The notes: a model not told the origin generated them from the letters alone. A stretch of 64,000 nucleotides of DNA from Candidatus Nomurabacteria bacterium (GCA_963842815.1 CAWJHU010000002.1:44513-108512); one strand, 5' to 3'. Shown: positions 47,849-57,918, counted from the first letter of the stretch. Program-made: numbers and translations.

Positions 47849-48653
47849 ATACGCATTCAAATACATTAAAATAAGCCAAGGAGTCATTTTTAAAATTACC
47901 AGCTAAGCTAGGTACACCAAATGTTGATCTTAATTTATTTACTAAAGGTTCTTTTCTAATTTCAGTATGGTGGGTAACTAATTCTGATTTCTTTTTATAA
48001 TCATACATAACTGCACCCAGTAATAAGTCTGACATTTGTAAAAGAAAGTTGGAGTGAGATTCAATACTAAATGCCCCAAAAATATCATCAAAATTTAATG
48101 TTGGGTCTTTGGTTACTTCTGTTCTAATCTTACTCAATAAAGTATCTTCTAGGGAAAGAGGTTTATTTCTTGGTCTGGTAATTTCGTCTAATACTATACA
48201 CAACTTGTCACCTTTTAAATTTTTTAATTCTGCAACTATTAAATTTGCTGCATATTTTGTGTAAGTTTCCCATGCATCTTCTATGCCATCGCCATCAAAC
48301 TGTGGATTTTGTTTATCAACAATCATTGCTGAGAATCTATTATCTTTATCTGATAAAAAAATATCTATCATTCTTTCATAGTAAATTTCAACTGAAGCTC
48401 TTACATTGTCAAATTTCATTTCAAACCTAGAATTATTTCTAAGTAATTTAATGACTTCTTCCTTTTGACCATTCGCAAGCAAGTGATCAATTTGAGTATT
48501 TTTATTTTGACGGGCTTTTTCTTTAGCTGGTTGACTGTTTTTGTTTAATTTATCAGCCATGTCACCAATATTTTTTACAATCAACAGTCCCGTACCAAAA
48601 AAGGGGTCACTTTTTATTATTCCACTTGAATCTATAAAGCAAAATCGGTTCAT
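47847..48653 (-). CDS. DUF3800-like protein (RNase H-like fold inferred)
   Basis: N-terminal FIDSSG (cf. D-E-S-G), F..G, central LDE, C-terminal S....LQMSDLL.GA. Confidence 0.7.
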   Translation of the reverse strand: MNRFCFIDSSGIIKSDPFFGTGLLIVKNIGDMADKLNKNSQPAKEKARQNKNTQIDHLLANGQKEEVIKLLRNNSRFEMKFDNVRASVEIYYERMIDIFLSDKDNRFSAMIVDKQNPQFDGDGIEDAWETYTKYAANLIVAELKNLKGDKLCIVLDEITRPRNKPLSLEDTLLSKIRTEVTKDPTLNFDDIFGAFSIESHSNFLLQMSDLLLGAVMYDYKKKSELVTHHTEIRKEPLVNKLRSTFGVPSLAGNFKNDSLAYFNVFECV

Positions 48654-48794
48654 AATAATGACATTTTAGCATAAATTTTTTATTTTTCCAATAGGACTTT
48701 TATATTTCTAACTTCCAAATTAATTACAATTTTCTATTACTTGAGTTATAAAAATAGATTTTATGCTATAATATAGGTATATTAATAGTTAATA

Positions 48795-48826
48795 ATCCTA
48801 GTAGTAGAGCAAAGCTCGCTACGGGA
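48795..48826. repeat. Short REP-like palindrome
   Basis: atcctagtagtagagc-aaa-gctcgctacgggat imperfect hairpin in the SWIB gene leader. Confidence 0.5.
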
Positions 48827-48840
48827 TAAGTATAAATAAC

Positions 48841-49098
48841 ATGGCAGAAAAAAAAGTTTCCGCATTTATGAAGCCAATGAATATAAGCGCTGAGTTGGCA
48901 GAAGTAGTAGGCAAGGGTCCTATGCCTAGGTCCGAGGTGGTAAAGGCATTGTGGGTATATATCAAGAAGAACAATCTTCAAGACCCGAAGAATAAGCGCA
49001 ATATTAATGCTGATGCCAAACTTCAGAAAGTGTTTGGTGGCAAGAAAGTAGTCAATATGTTTGAAATGACGAAGCTTGTTTCAAAACATCTTTCCTAA
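48841..49098 (+). CDS. SWIB/MDM2 domain protein
   Basis: S.ELA.VVG..P.PRSEVVK.LW.YIK.NNLQDP.NKR.I..D.KL..VFGG...V.MFEM.K.VSKHL. Confidence 0.93.
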   Translation: MAEKKVSAFMKPMNISAELAEVVGKGPMPRSEVVKALWVYIKKNNLQDPKNKRNINADAKLQKVFGGKKVVNMFEMTKLVSKHLS

Positions 49099-49114
49099 GA
49101 ATTATTAAAAAAAT

Positions 49115-49241
49115 ACAAGAACTCTTTCTCGGTATATCTTTTTCTAGGGTACGAATTTTTCGAAGCTTGAAAAGTTCTGAAGTTCTCGGCTCGTCAGCCT
49201 CGAAACCCCCTAAAAAAGATACACCTTCAACGAGTTCTTGT
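49115..49241 (+). repeat. Long intergenic hairpin element C
   Basis: Outer stems acaagaactc/gagttcttgt and ggtatatcttttt.taggg/ccctaaaaaagatacacc; core shared with elements A and B. Confidence 0.75.
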
Positions 49242-49332
49242 TGAATAATAAGAATTTTATATGGCAAAAGGAGACGGACATAGAAAAGAAAAAAAGAAAC
49301 CCAAAAAAGCTAAAAAGTAGCATAATTGGAAA

Positions 49333-49728
49333 ATGAATAATTACACTTGGTATCAACAACTCATCAAACCATCTTGGGCGCCGCCCAGTTGGCTTTTTGG
49401 GCCAGTGTGGAGTGTGCTTTATGTTTTGATTTTTGTTTCTTTTGGAACAGTGTTTTATAAAGTTTTCAGGAAAGAATTGCCGGTAATTATTTTGGTTCCC
49501 TTTGTTTTGAATCTTATTTTTAATCTTTCTTTTACTTATTTTCAATTCGGACTTAAAAATAATTATTTAGCGGCGGTTGATGTTTTACTTGTCCTCGGGA
49601 CTCTGATTTGGTCCATGATTCTCATTTATCCACAAATTAAATGGGTCGCTCTGATTAATATTCCATATCTTCTGTGGGTTTGTTTTGCTACGGTTTTACA
49701 GCTTACAGTGACGTTTTTGAATAGATAA
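49333..49728 (+). CDS. TspO/MBR family protein
   Basis: WY..L.KPSWAPPSWLFGPVWSVLY, LN..F...FG, PYLLWV.FA. Confidence 0.93.
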   Translation: MNNYTWYQQLIKPSWAPPSWLFGPVWSVLYVLIFVSFGTVFYKVFRKELPVIILVPFVLNLIFNLSFTYFQFGLKNNYLAAVDVLLVLGTLIWSMILIYPQIKWVALINIPYLLWVCFATVLQLTVTFLNR

Positions 49729-49756
49729 AATATTAAAATAGGTATATAGTATAAAG

Positions 49757-50488
49757 GTGAATCCTACGGAAACCGAAACATATCAAATCAAAACGGAGGC
49801 CTTTGAAGGGCCGTTTCATTTATTGCTTTCCCTGATAGAGGAAAGGAAGTTTTTTATTAATGACTTGTCCTTGGCGCAGGTGACGGAGGACTATTTAAAT
49901 TATGTCAGCAAACTGGAAAAACAAAATCCTTCCGAAATTTCCAGTTTTATCGTGGTGGCAGCAACGCTCATTTTAATAAAATCAAAATCGCTTTTACCCA
50001 ATCTGAATTTAACTTCCGAAGAAGAAGGCGATATTCATAATCTGGAAGAGAGATTAAAATTATATGAACTTTACACCAAGCTTGGCGGGCATATAAAAGA
50101 AATGTTCGGCAAAAAAATTATTTTTGCGCCGTTGGAAAGGAAAAATGACTTTCTAGTATTTTTGCCGGATGAACAGATTACGAAAGAAAGTATGATGGCC
50201 TTTGCCCGGGATGCGCTGGGTAGAATGCCGAAAAAAGTCTTTTTGCCGGAAGTGGAAGTGAAAAAAGTCATCAGCATAGAGGAAATGATTTCAAAATTAA
50301 CCGAAAGAATAGAAAAAACCCTGGAAATGAATTTTAAGGATTTCGCCGGGGTGGCCAAGACGAAAGAAGAAAAGGTGATTGTAATTATTGGTTTTCTTGC
50401 TATGCTGGAACTGGTGAGGCAGGGGATACTGCACGCCGTGCAAGAAAGTAATTTTGAAGATATTATAATTAAGAAACAAACTGCATGA
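49757..50488 (+). CDS. scpA: Segregation and condensation protein A
   Basis: FEGP..LLL.LI, F.V.AATL..IKSK.LLP, FLAMLELV. Confidence 0.93.
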   Translation: MNPTETETYQIKTEAFEGPFHLLLSLIEERKFFINDLSLAQVTEDYLNYVSKLEKQNPSEISSFIVVAATLILIKSKSLLPNLNLTSEEEGDIHNLEERLKLYELYTKLGGHIKEMFGKKIIFAPLERKNDFLVFLPDEQITKESMMAFARDALGRMPKKVFLPEVEVKKVISIEEMISKLTERIEKTLEMNFKDFAGVAKTKEEKVIVIIGFLAMLELVRQGILHAVQESNFEDIIIKKQTA

Positions 50489-51042
50489 ACTTAGAACAGA
50501 AGATCGAAGCAATACTTTTTTTCAAAGGAGAACCGATGTCTCGGAAGAAACTAGCGGAATTTTTGGGCGCAGGGCAGACGGAAATAAATGAAGCTCTGGA
50601 AAAACTGAAAGAAAATTTAAAGAGTAGGGGAATAGTGTTGCAGGAAAAGGAGAATGACATTACCCTCGGCACGGCGCCGGAGCTCTCAAGTCTCATAGAA
50701 AAATTGCAAAAGGAAGAACTGAATAAAGAACTTTCCAAAGCAAGTTTGGAAACATTATCTATTATTTTATATAAAAATGGAGTGAGTAGGTCCTTGATTG
50801 ATTATATCCGAGGGGTAAATAGCAGTTTTACTTTGCGTGCGCTTTCCATCAGGGGGCTCGTAGAGAAGAACTTGGATCCCGAAGACAACCGGCGTTATAT
50901 TTATAGGCCTACTTTTGAGTTGCTTTCTTTTATGGGCGTAAAATCTGTGGAAGAATTGCCGGATTATAATTTAGTAAACAATTCAATTGAATCTACCGCC
51001 CAAAATTTGGCCGACGAATTAAAAGATGGAACCGACATTTAA
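50485..51042 (+). CDS. scpB: Segregation and condensation protein B
   Basis: IEAILF..GEP, LS.A.LETL.II.Y, I..IRGVNS, ELP. Confidence 0.93.
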   Translation: MNLEQKIEAILFFKGEPMSRKKLAEFLGAGQTEINEALEKLKENLKSRGIVLQEKENDITLGTAPELSSLIEKLQKEELNKELSKASLETLSIILYKNGVSRSLIDYIRGVNSSFTLRALSIRGLVEKNLDPEDNRRYIYRPTFELLSFMGVKSVEELPDYNLVNNSIESTAQNLADELKDGTDI

Positions 51043-51907
51043 AGAAAATTATTTTTTATTTTTTATCTTGATTGTTGTTGCCCTGGAGGCAATTTTGTTT
51101 TCTATTGGGAACGACAAATCGAATTATGCCTTTCAAAACGAGGAAAACAATATTATAAAAATACAAAATACACTGGCAAATGCTCAGATTCAAGCGAAAG
51201 CAGTATCTGTTTACGATGAAACTCTGAATAAAAAAATCTATGGGAAAAACGACGAAGAAAATTTGCCTATTGCCTCGCTCACTAAAATAATGACCGTTAT
51301 AATTACTTTGAACAATCATAATATGGATGATATTGTTTCAATTTCTAAAAATGCGCTCAAACAGGACACTGATTACGGATTTTTTGTTGATGAAAAATTT
51401 AAAATCGGAGACTTGGCAAAATTTACTTTGATAGGTTCGGCCAATGATGGCGCCTATGCTTTGGCAGAAAGCACCGATAATTTTTTGGAAAAAATGAATG
51501 AGAAAGCGCGAAAAATCGGAATGGGAAATACTTTATTTTCAAATCCCACTGGATTGGATGTTGACGGGAAAATGGCGGGAGCTTATGCTTCGGCGGAAGA
51601 TGTAAACACTATGGCTATGTATGCTCTTAATGCGTATCCTGAAGTTTTTGGTGCGAGCATATTACCGGAAATAAATACAAAATCCGAATCCGGTTTTACT
51701 CACAATATAAAAAATACCGATACAATTTTAGATAAAATTCCTGATGTTTTGTTTTCCAAAACAGGATTTACACCGCTAGCGGGAGGGAATTTAACTGTAA
51801 TTTATAGGAATCAAAACGAGCATATTCTTGCCATCACCGTCCTAGGCTCAACCATGGACGGCAGATTTTCCGATATGGAAAAGATTATAAATCTGTTATT
51901 CCCCTGA
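51026..51907 (+). CDS. D-alanyl-D-alanine carboxypeptidase (S11)
   Basis: IASLTKIMT (SxxK), SAN, F.NP.GL, KTG. Confidence 0.92.
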   Translation: MEPTFKENYFLFFILIVVALEAILFSIGNDKSNYAFQNEENNIIKIQNTLANAQIQAKAVSVYDETLNKKIYGKNDEENLPIASLTKIMTVIITLNNHNMDDIVSISKNALKQDTDYGFFVDEKFKIGDLAKFTLIGSANDGAYALAESTDNFLEKMNEKARKIGMGNTLFSNPTGLDVDGKMAGAYASAEDVNTMAMYALNAYPEVFGASILPEINTKSESGFTHNIKNTDTILDKIPDVLFSKTGFTPLAGGNLTVIYRNQNEHILAITVLGSTMDGRFSDMEKIINLLFP

Positions 51908-51925
51908 CCCAGGGTCAGGGGAATA
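51897..51925. repeat. Perfect 14-bp palindrome over the carboxypeptidase stop codon
   Basis: tattcccctgaccc-a-gggtcaggggaata. Confidence 0.7.
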
Positions 51926-51961
51926 GAAGTATTTTAAAAAGAAATATGTTAAAATCATTAT

Positions 51962-53017
51962 ATGCTTTTGAATTTGGTTAAAATATTCTTACCCATGGTG
52001 GTGGCCTTTCTGATAGGGCTTTTTATTACCCCTTTTGCCAGCCATTATTTTTACAAATACAAAATGTGGAAGAAATATTCCCGTAATGGCGGTACCCTTA
52101 ACACAGATTTTCAGAAAATCCACAATGAAGAGGATGAATTAAAAACTCCTCGAGTGGGCGGGATAATCATCTGGGCCTCAATACTTTTTTCCACCCTTAT
52201 TTTTTATTTAATCTCACTTTTATTTCCCGGAGAAATGACGGAAAAAATAAATTTCCTCAGCAAAAACCAAACGCTGATACCTCTTCTGGTCTTGCTTTTC
52301 GGGTCGCTTTTGGGGCTTTGGGACGACCTGATGCAGATTTATGGAAAAGGGAATTGCGCCCATGATGATAAATCTTGGCGGAAATATAAAGTAGTTTTGG
52401 TAGTTTTTATTTCTTTTTTAATTGGTCTTTGGTTTTATTATAAACTGGGAATGATTTCAATTCATATTCCGTTCGGCGGGGAACTGTATCTGGGCATTTT
52501 GATTATTCCATTTTTCATAATCGTTGCCCTGGGGACTTTTTCCGGCGGAGTCATTGACGGGTTGGACGGACTTTCCGGAGGAGTTTTCGCTGCAATTTTT
52601 TCCGCTTATTCTTTAATAGCTTTTGCCAATAATCAGATAGATATTGCCGCTTTTTGCGCGGTGGCGACTGGAGCCATTTTGGCCTTCTTGTGGTTTAATA
52701 TTCCACCGGCGAGATTTTATATGGGGGAGACGGGCATCATGGGGCTCACTATTACTTTAGCCACCATAGCTTTTTTAACTGATTCAGTTTTTATTCTCCC
52801 TATTGTGGCAATGCCCCTCGTTATTAGTTCTAGTTCTGTTGTTTTACAAATGCTTTCCAAAAAATTTAGAGGTGGAAAAAAAATTTTTCGACTTTCGCCC
52901 ATCCATCATCACTTTGAAGCTCTGGGATGGCCTTCCTACAAAGTGACCATGCGTTTTTGGATTTTATCCATGGCCTTTTCCGTGGTGGGAATAATCTTGG
53001 CAATTATCAGCCGGTAA
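51962..53017 (+). CDS. mraY: Phospho-N-acetylmuramoyl-pentapeptide transferase
   Basis: TP..GG, G..DD, DGLDGL, FLWFN..PA...MG, PIHHHFE..GW. Confidence 0.95.
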   Translation: MLLNLVKIFLPMVVAFLIGLFITPFASHYFYKYKMWKKYSRNGGTLNTDFQKIHNEEDELKTPRVGGIIIWASILFSTLIFYLISLLFPGEMTEKINFLSKNQTLIPLLVLLFGSLLGLWDDLMQIYGKGNCAHDDKSWRKYKVVLVVFISFLIGLWFYYKLGMISIHIPFGGELYLGILIIPFFIIVALGTFSGGVIDGLDGLSGGVFAAIFSAYSLIAFANNQIDIAAFCAVATGAILAFLWFNIPPARFYMGETGIMGLTITLATIAFLTDSVFILPIVAMPLVISSSSVVLQMLSKKFRGGKKIFRLSPIHHHFEALGWPSYKVTMRFWILSMAFSVVGIILAIISR

Positions 53018-53020
53018 AAT

Positions 53021-54127
53021 ATGAAAGAAAAAAAAATAGACAGATTTTTTTTAATAATTACTTTTATTTTAATCTTTATAGGGGTGGCCATGTTCATTTC
53101 CGCATCTTTGGGAATTTTGGCCAAGAGCGCGGGGGCTTTCTATTCAATGCTTTTTACCCAATTGGTCCTCGGCTTTGGTTTAGGTTTTCTGGGCATGTAT
53201 TTTACCCTGAAAATAGATTATAAATTTTGGCGCAACTATTCTTTTTATATTTTTTTAGGGGCTATTCTTCTTACGGCCGCGGTTTTTGTTCCCTTTTTAG
53301 GCAGGAGCCATTTGGGAGCGGAAAGATGGATTCAGCTCGGGCCGATAAATTTTCAACCAGTAGAATTTTTGAAATTCGGATTCATAATTTATTTTGCCGC
53401 ATGGCTTTCCTGGGCGAAAAACAGGGTGCAGGATTTTAAATTCGGCATTCTTCCGCTTGGTCTATTGCTCGCGGTTATCGCGGTTATTTTATTTCATCAG
53501 CCGGACACTAAAAGTTTTATTTTAATTGCCATCGTCGGAATTTCCATGCTTTTTATTTCCGGAGTATCGACAAAATGGATTGCTCTGCTGGGAGTGACTG
53601 CGGTGGTTGGCCTGAGCTTTCTTGTGTTTTTTACTCCCTATCTTCAGGAGAGAATAAAAACTTTCATTGACCCTTCCCAAGACCCTCAGGGGTCTTCCTA
53701 CCAAATACAACAATCTTTGATAGCCATCGGTTCAGGCGGAATTTTTGGCAGGGGATATGGCCAGAGTATCCAAAAATTCAGCTATCTGCCAGAACCGCAA
53801 GGGGACTCTATTTTTGCCGTTGTGGGCGAGGAACTAGGCCTTGTGGGATGCGTTGCCATAATAATAGTTTATCTGCTTTTTCTTTTGCGCGGACTCCGCA
53901 TTGCCAATAATTCTCCCGACCTTTTCAGTAGACTTTTAGTTTCCGGAATTGTTATACTGATAGTGGCCCAATCGTTTATGAATATTGCTTCTGCCATCGG
54001 AGTTTTTCCTTTGACGGGAGTGCCATTGGTTTTTGTCAGTCAAGGAGGTACTTCGCTGATGATAGACCTTATCGCCGTGGGCGTTGTATTTCAAATATCA
54101 AGATTAAAAAAATTACAGAATAAATAA
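53021..54127 (+). CDS. ftsW: SEDS peptidoglycan glycosyltransferase FtsW
   Basis: GA.RWI, QP.EF.K, QPD, YQ..QSLIAIGSGG, GEELG, TG.PL.FVS.GGTS; located between mraY and murG. Confidence 0.9.
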   Translation: MKEKKIDRFFLIITFILIFIGVAMFISASLGILAKSAGAFYSMLFTQLVLGFGLGFLGMYFTLKIDYKFWRNYSFYIFLGAILLTAAVFVPFLGRSHLGAERWIQLGPINFQPVEFLKFGFIIYFAAWLSWAKNRVQDFKFGILPLGLLLAVIAVILFHQPDTKSFILIAIVGISMLFISGVSTKWIALLGVTAVVGLSFLVFFTPYLQERIKTFIDPSQDPQGSSYQIQQSLIAIGSGGIFGRGYGQSIQKFSYLPEPQGDSIFAVVGEELGLVGCVAIIIVYLLFLLRGLRIANNSPDLFSRLLVSGIVILIVAQSFMNIASAIGVFPLTGVPLVFVSQGGTSLMIDLIAVGVVFQISRLKKLQNK

Positions 54128-54135
54128 AATTTATT

Positions 54136-55266
54136 ATGAAAATAATATTTACAGGAGGAGGAACGGGCGGACATTTTTATCCAATCATTGCCGTTGTTCA
54201 AAAAGTCAACCAAATAATAGATAAAGAGAAAATAATAGGAGCTAAGCTTTATTACGTTTCCGATGGCCCCTATGATAAAGAGATGCTTCTGGAAAACGGA
54301 CTTCTTTACGAAGAAATAAAAGCCGGGAAGATGCGCACGTACTTTTCTCTTAAAAACTTTACCGATATTTTTAAAATGTTCTTCGGCACGATTAATGCTA
54401 TTTATAAAATATTTACAATTTACCCGGATGTCGTATTCGGCAAAGGGGGATATGCCTCGTTTCCCACGGTGCTAGCAGCCAGAATTTTACGTATCCCTGT
54501 GGTAATCCATGAATCGGATTCTGTGCCCGGCCGAGTAAATAAATGGGCCGGACGATTCGCCCAAAGGATAGCCATTTCCTATAAAGAAGCGGCAGATTAT
54601 TTTCCTAAAAATAAAGTTGCCTGGACGGGACATCCCATCAGGGCAGAAATAGAACATCCGGCCCCTCGCGAAGAGGCGCTTCAGTATTTTAAATTGGAAA
54701 CGGGACTGCCTGTTATTTTGGTTTTAGGAGGTTCCCAGGGAGCGGAACTGATAAATAATACGGTGCTGGACGCATTGCCGAGGCTGATAAAGAATTTTCA
54801 GATTATACATCAAACGGGAATTAATAATTTTAAAAATGTCGCGGGACGGGCGCAGGTGGTGCTTGCCTCCGATTCGGAAAAAGTAAGATATTTGCCTTTT
54901 GATTTTTTAAATCCGCTTGCTGTGAAAATGGCCGCCGGAGCAGCCACCATTGTTATTTCCAGAGCAGGGTCGGCCATATTTGAAATAGCATCCTGGGGCG
55001 TGCCATCCGTTATTATTCCGATCACAACTTCCAATGGCGACCATCAAAGAAAAAATGCCTTTAATTATGTCCATGCGGGAGCCTGCAATGTTATTGAAGA
55101 GGCGAATATGACGGCCAATATTTTGAGTTCGGAAATTGAAAGAATTGTAAACAATAAAGCAATTCTGGATAGAATGGCGCAAAATGCGAAAGCCTTCAAT
55201 AAACCCGACGCCGCCTACAAAATCGCCCGTGAGTTGGTAGACATCGCCCTCGCCCACGAAAAATAA
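54136..55266 (+). CDS. murG: MurG glycosyltransferase
   Basis: GGGTGGH.YP, GGY.S.P, HE.D..PG..N, GGSQGA, SRAG, HQ.KNA. Confidence 0.96.
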   Translation: MKIIFTGGGTGGHFYPIIAVVQKVNQIIDKEKIIGAKLYYVSDGPYDKEMLLENGLLYEEIKAGKMRTYFSLKNFTDIFKMFFGTINAIYKIFTIYPDVVFGKGGYASFPTVLAARILRIPVVIHESDSVPGRVNKWAGRFAQRIAISYKEAADYFPKNKVAWTGHPIRAEIEHPAPREEALQYFKLETGLPVILVLGGSQGAELINNTVLDALPRLIKNFQIIHQTGINNFKNVAGRAQVVLASDSEKVRYLPFDFLNPLAVKMAAGAATIVISRAGSAIFEIASWGVPSVIIPITTSNGDHQRKNAFNYVHAGACNVIEEANMTANILSSEIERIVNNKAILDRMAQNAKAFNKPDAAYKIARELVDIALAHEK

Positions 55267-55307
55267 AAACTTTTCTTATTTTGGGCAAAAAATGCTAAAA
55301 TAAATGG

Positions 55308-56633
55308 ATGAGGATTTTTAATTGGACGAAAAAGAAGGTGGTTACAAGATTTGCCCCCAGCCCGACAGGGTATCTGCATTTAGGGGCATACAGGACGGCT
55401 ATTTTTTCTTACCTTTATGCTAAAAAACATAAAGGCATTTTTGTTCTTCGTATTGAAGATACGGACAAAGAACGATCCAAAAAAGAATATGAAGAAAATA
55501 TAATTGAAAGTTTAAGATGGCTTGGGATTCCTTATGACAAATTTTTCCGACAATCCGAACACATAGACATTCATAAAAAATATCTTGAAAGAATGATAAA
55601 AGAGGGAAGTGCATACCTTTCAAAAGAAGAAGCAAAAGACGGCAGTGGTGTCATAAAAGAACTAATCAGATTTAAGAATCCGAATATTAATGTTTCTTTT
55701 CAGGATGAGATAAAGGGAAAAGTTACGATGCATACCAAAGACTTGGGGGATTTTATAATCGCGAAAAATTTAAATGAGCCGTTGTTTCATTTGGCAGTGG
55801 TGGTGGATGATTTTGAAGCCGGCATCACCCATGTAATCAGAGGAGAAGACCATGTTTCCAATACCCCCCGTCAAATTCTGATTCAGCGGGCTATCGGCGC
55901 TCCTACTCCTATCTATGCCCACTTGCCGCTTGTTTTGGGTCCCGATAAATTAAAACTTTCAAAACGCCGGGGCGCGAAATCTATGACGGACTATCTGAAA
56001 CTCGGTTTTCTCCCGGAGGCAATTTTAAATGGCGTAGCTTTTGTGGGCTGGAATCCCGGGGGAGACAAAGAAATTTTTACCCATGATGAGCTGATAAAAG
56101 CCTTTGATTTTTCCGGAGTACAAAAAAGTCCGGCTATTTTTAGTGAAAAAAAACTGGAGTGGTTTAATAAAGAACACATAAAAATGCTTCCCCCGGAAGA
56201 AATTAAAAATAACGTTTATAAATATTTGCCAGAAAAATTAAAAATAGAAAAACTTATTCCAATCATCACGGAGAGAATTTCCAAATGGAGCGACGTGAAA
56301 GAAATGGTAGATAGGGGAGACCTAGACTTTTTTTATAAAAAACCGACATATGCAAAAGAAAAATTGATTTACAAAAACACACCGGCAGAAAAAATTTCTG
56401 AAAATTTAAAACGAGCAATAAATTCCTTGGGGAAATTAGAAGAAAAAAACTTTACAAACGAAAATATAAAAAATGCTCTAAAGCAAATTGCTGACAAGTT
56501 GGAAAATAGGGGAGAACTATTGCATCCGGTCAGATATGCGCTCTCCGGGTTGGAAAAATCTCCGGATCCATTCATTATTGCCGAGATTTTAGGAAAAAAT
56601 GAAACTTTATCACGACTACAAAAAGCGATTTAG
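55308..56633 (+). CDS. gltX: Glutamate--tRNA ligase
   Basis: TRFAPSPTG.LH.G, LRIEDTD, THVIRGEDH, KLSKR. Confidence 0.96.
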   Translation: MRIFNWTKKKVVTRFAPSPTGYLHLGAYRTAIFSYLYAKKHKGIFVLRIEDTDKERSKKEYEENIIESLRWLGIPYDKFFRQSEHIDIHKKYLERMIKEGSAYLSKEEAKDGSGVIKELIRFKNPNINVSFQDEIKGKVTMHTKDLGDFIIAKNLNEPLFHLAVVVDDFEAGITHVIRGEDHVSNTPRQILIQRAIGAPTPIYAHLPLVLGPDKLKLSKRRGAKSMTDYLKLGFLPEAILNGVAFVGWNPGGDKEIFTHDELIKAFDFSGVQKSPAIFSEKKLEWFNKEHIKMLPPEEIKNNVYKYLPEKLKIEKLIPIITERISKWSDVKEMVDRGDLDFFYKKPTYAKEKLIYKNTPAEKISENLKRAINSLGKLEEKNFTNENIKNALKQIADKLENRGELLHPVRYALSGLEKSPDPFIIAEILGKNETLSRLQKAI

Positions 56634-57897
56634 AGTACTCCTTTTGATTTTTTTGGGGATTTTTATAATAATTCCTTTCGCTTTTTCTTCTGCTCAAACT
56701 GCCCAGGAATTAAATGACAAAATTAATCAAAGAAATACCGATATCGCTGCGTTGGAACAGGAAATTGCCCAGTACCAAACACAGCTTGATAGTTTAGGAC
56801 AACAGAAAGATTCTTTAAATGGTTCCATAAAACAGTTGGATTTGACTAGAAAAAAATTGATAGCCGACATGGCGGTTACCCAGAATAAAATAGACCAGAC
56901 AAATTTAAAGATACAAGAATTAAGCCTGCAAATAAACGACAAACAGGATATTATAATAAACAATATGGATGCCATATCTTTAGATATTAAACAGGTAAAC
57001 GAAATTGAACAAAGCGATATATTAGGAATAATGCTATCGGAAAATGATTTTACGGCCATTTGGAATGATATGGACAATATGGCTACCATCAATGATGCCA
57101 TTAGAGAAACAACAATCAAAGTAAAACAGACAAAAAGCGATTTGGAAAATACTAAAAAAGAGACAACAGATGCAAAAAATCAGCTTGTGGCCTTAAAAGG
57201 AAAACTTTCCGACCAGAAAAAGATAGTGGACCAAAATACGGCGGACAAAAACAAACTTTTAGCCCAGACAAAAAACAGCGAAGCCAATTATCAAAAATTA
57301 CTGAAAGACAGATTGGCCAAAAGAGATGCGTTTGAAAAAGAATTGACCGATTATGAATCGCAATTGCAATATGTGCTTAATCCTTCTCTGCTTCCGAAGG
57401 CGGGAATATTAAGCTGGCCACTTGATTATATCTATGTAACTCAATTTTTCGGTAAAACAGAAGCAGGGAAGCGGCTTTATGCGAATGGCACGCACAACGG
57501 CGTGGATTTCCGCGCTTCCATAGGCACACCCGTCAAAGCCATGGCCGATGGAACAGTTCTGGGTACTGGAGATACGGACATAACTTGCCCTGGCGCCTCT
57601 TTCGGAAGATTTGTTTTTATTCAATACAATAACGGACTCTCCAGCACCTATGGCCATCTTTCTCTAATCAAGGTTTACCAAGGGCAGAAAGTTTCGAGAG
57701 GAGAAGTAGTGGGTTATTCGGGAGATACCGGATATGCCACAGGTCCGCATCTACATGTATCGGTTTATGCTTCGGATGCCGTTAAAATGGAATCCAGAGC
57801 CAGCCAAGCCTGCGCAGGACGTATTTACACCATGCCCATAGCCCCCATGAACGGCTATCTTGACCCTATGTATTACTTGCCTCCTTATAATAAATAA
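56599..57897 (+). CDS. Coiled-coil M23 peptidase (EnvC/CwlO-like)
   Basis: Signal/TM, long coiled coil, HNGVD, YGHL, TGPHLH. Confidence 0.9.
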   Translation: MKLYHDYKKRFRVLLLIFLGIFIIIPFAFSSAQTAQELNDKINQRNTDIAALEQEIAQYQTQLDSLGQQKDSLNGSIKQLDLTRKKLIADMAVTQNKIDQTNLKIQELSLQINDKQDIIINNMDAISLDIKQVNEIEQSDILGIMLSENDFTAIWNDMDNMATINDAIRETTIKVKQTKSDLENTKKETTDAKNQLVALKGKLSDQKKIVDQNTADKNKLLAQTKNSEANYQKLLKDRLAKRDAFEKELTDYESQLQYVLNPSLLPKAGILSWPLDYIYVTQFFGKTEAGKRLYANGTHNGVDFRASIGTPVKAMADGTVLGTGDTDITCPGASFGRFVFIQYNNGLSSTYGHLSLIKVYQGQKVSRGEVVGYSGDTGYATGPHLHVSVYASDAVKMESRASQACAGRIYTMPIAPMNGYLDPMYYLPPYNK

Positions 57898-57918
57898 TGG
57901 TAAAATAATAGAGTGAAT

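Noticed and set aside
49145-49210. Hammerhead ribozyme reading of element C (GUA..stem..CUGA..stem..GAAA)
   Set aside because: The core is CUGAAGU rather than CUGANGA, stem I register is off, and copy A has CAAA instead of GAAA.
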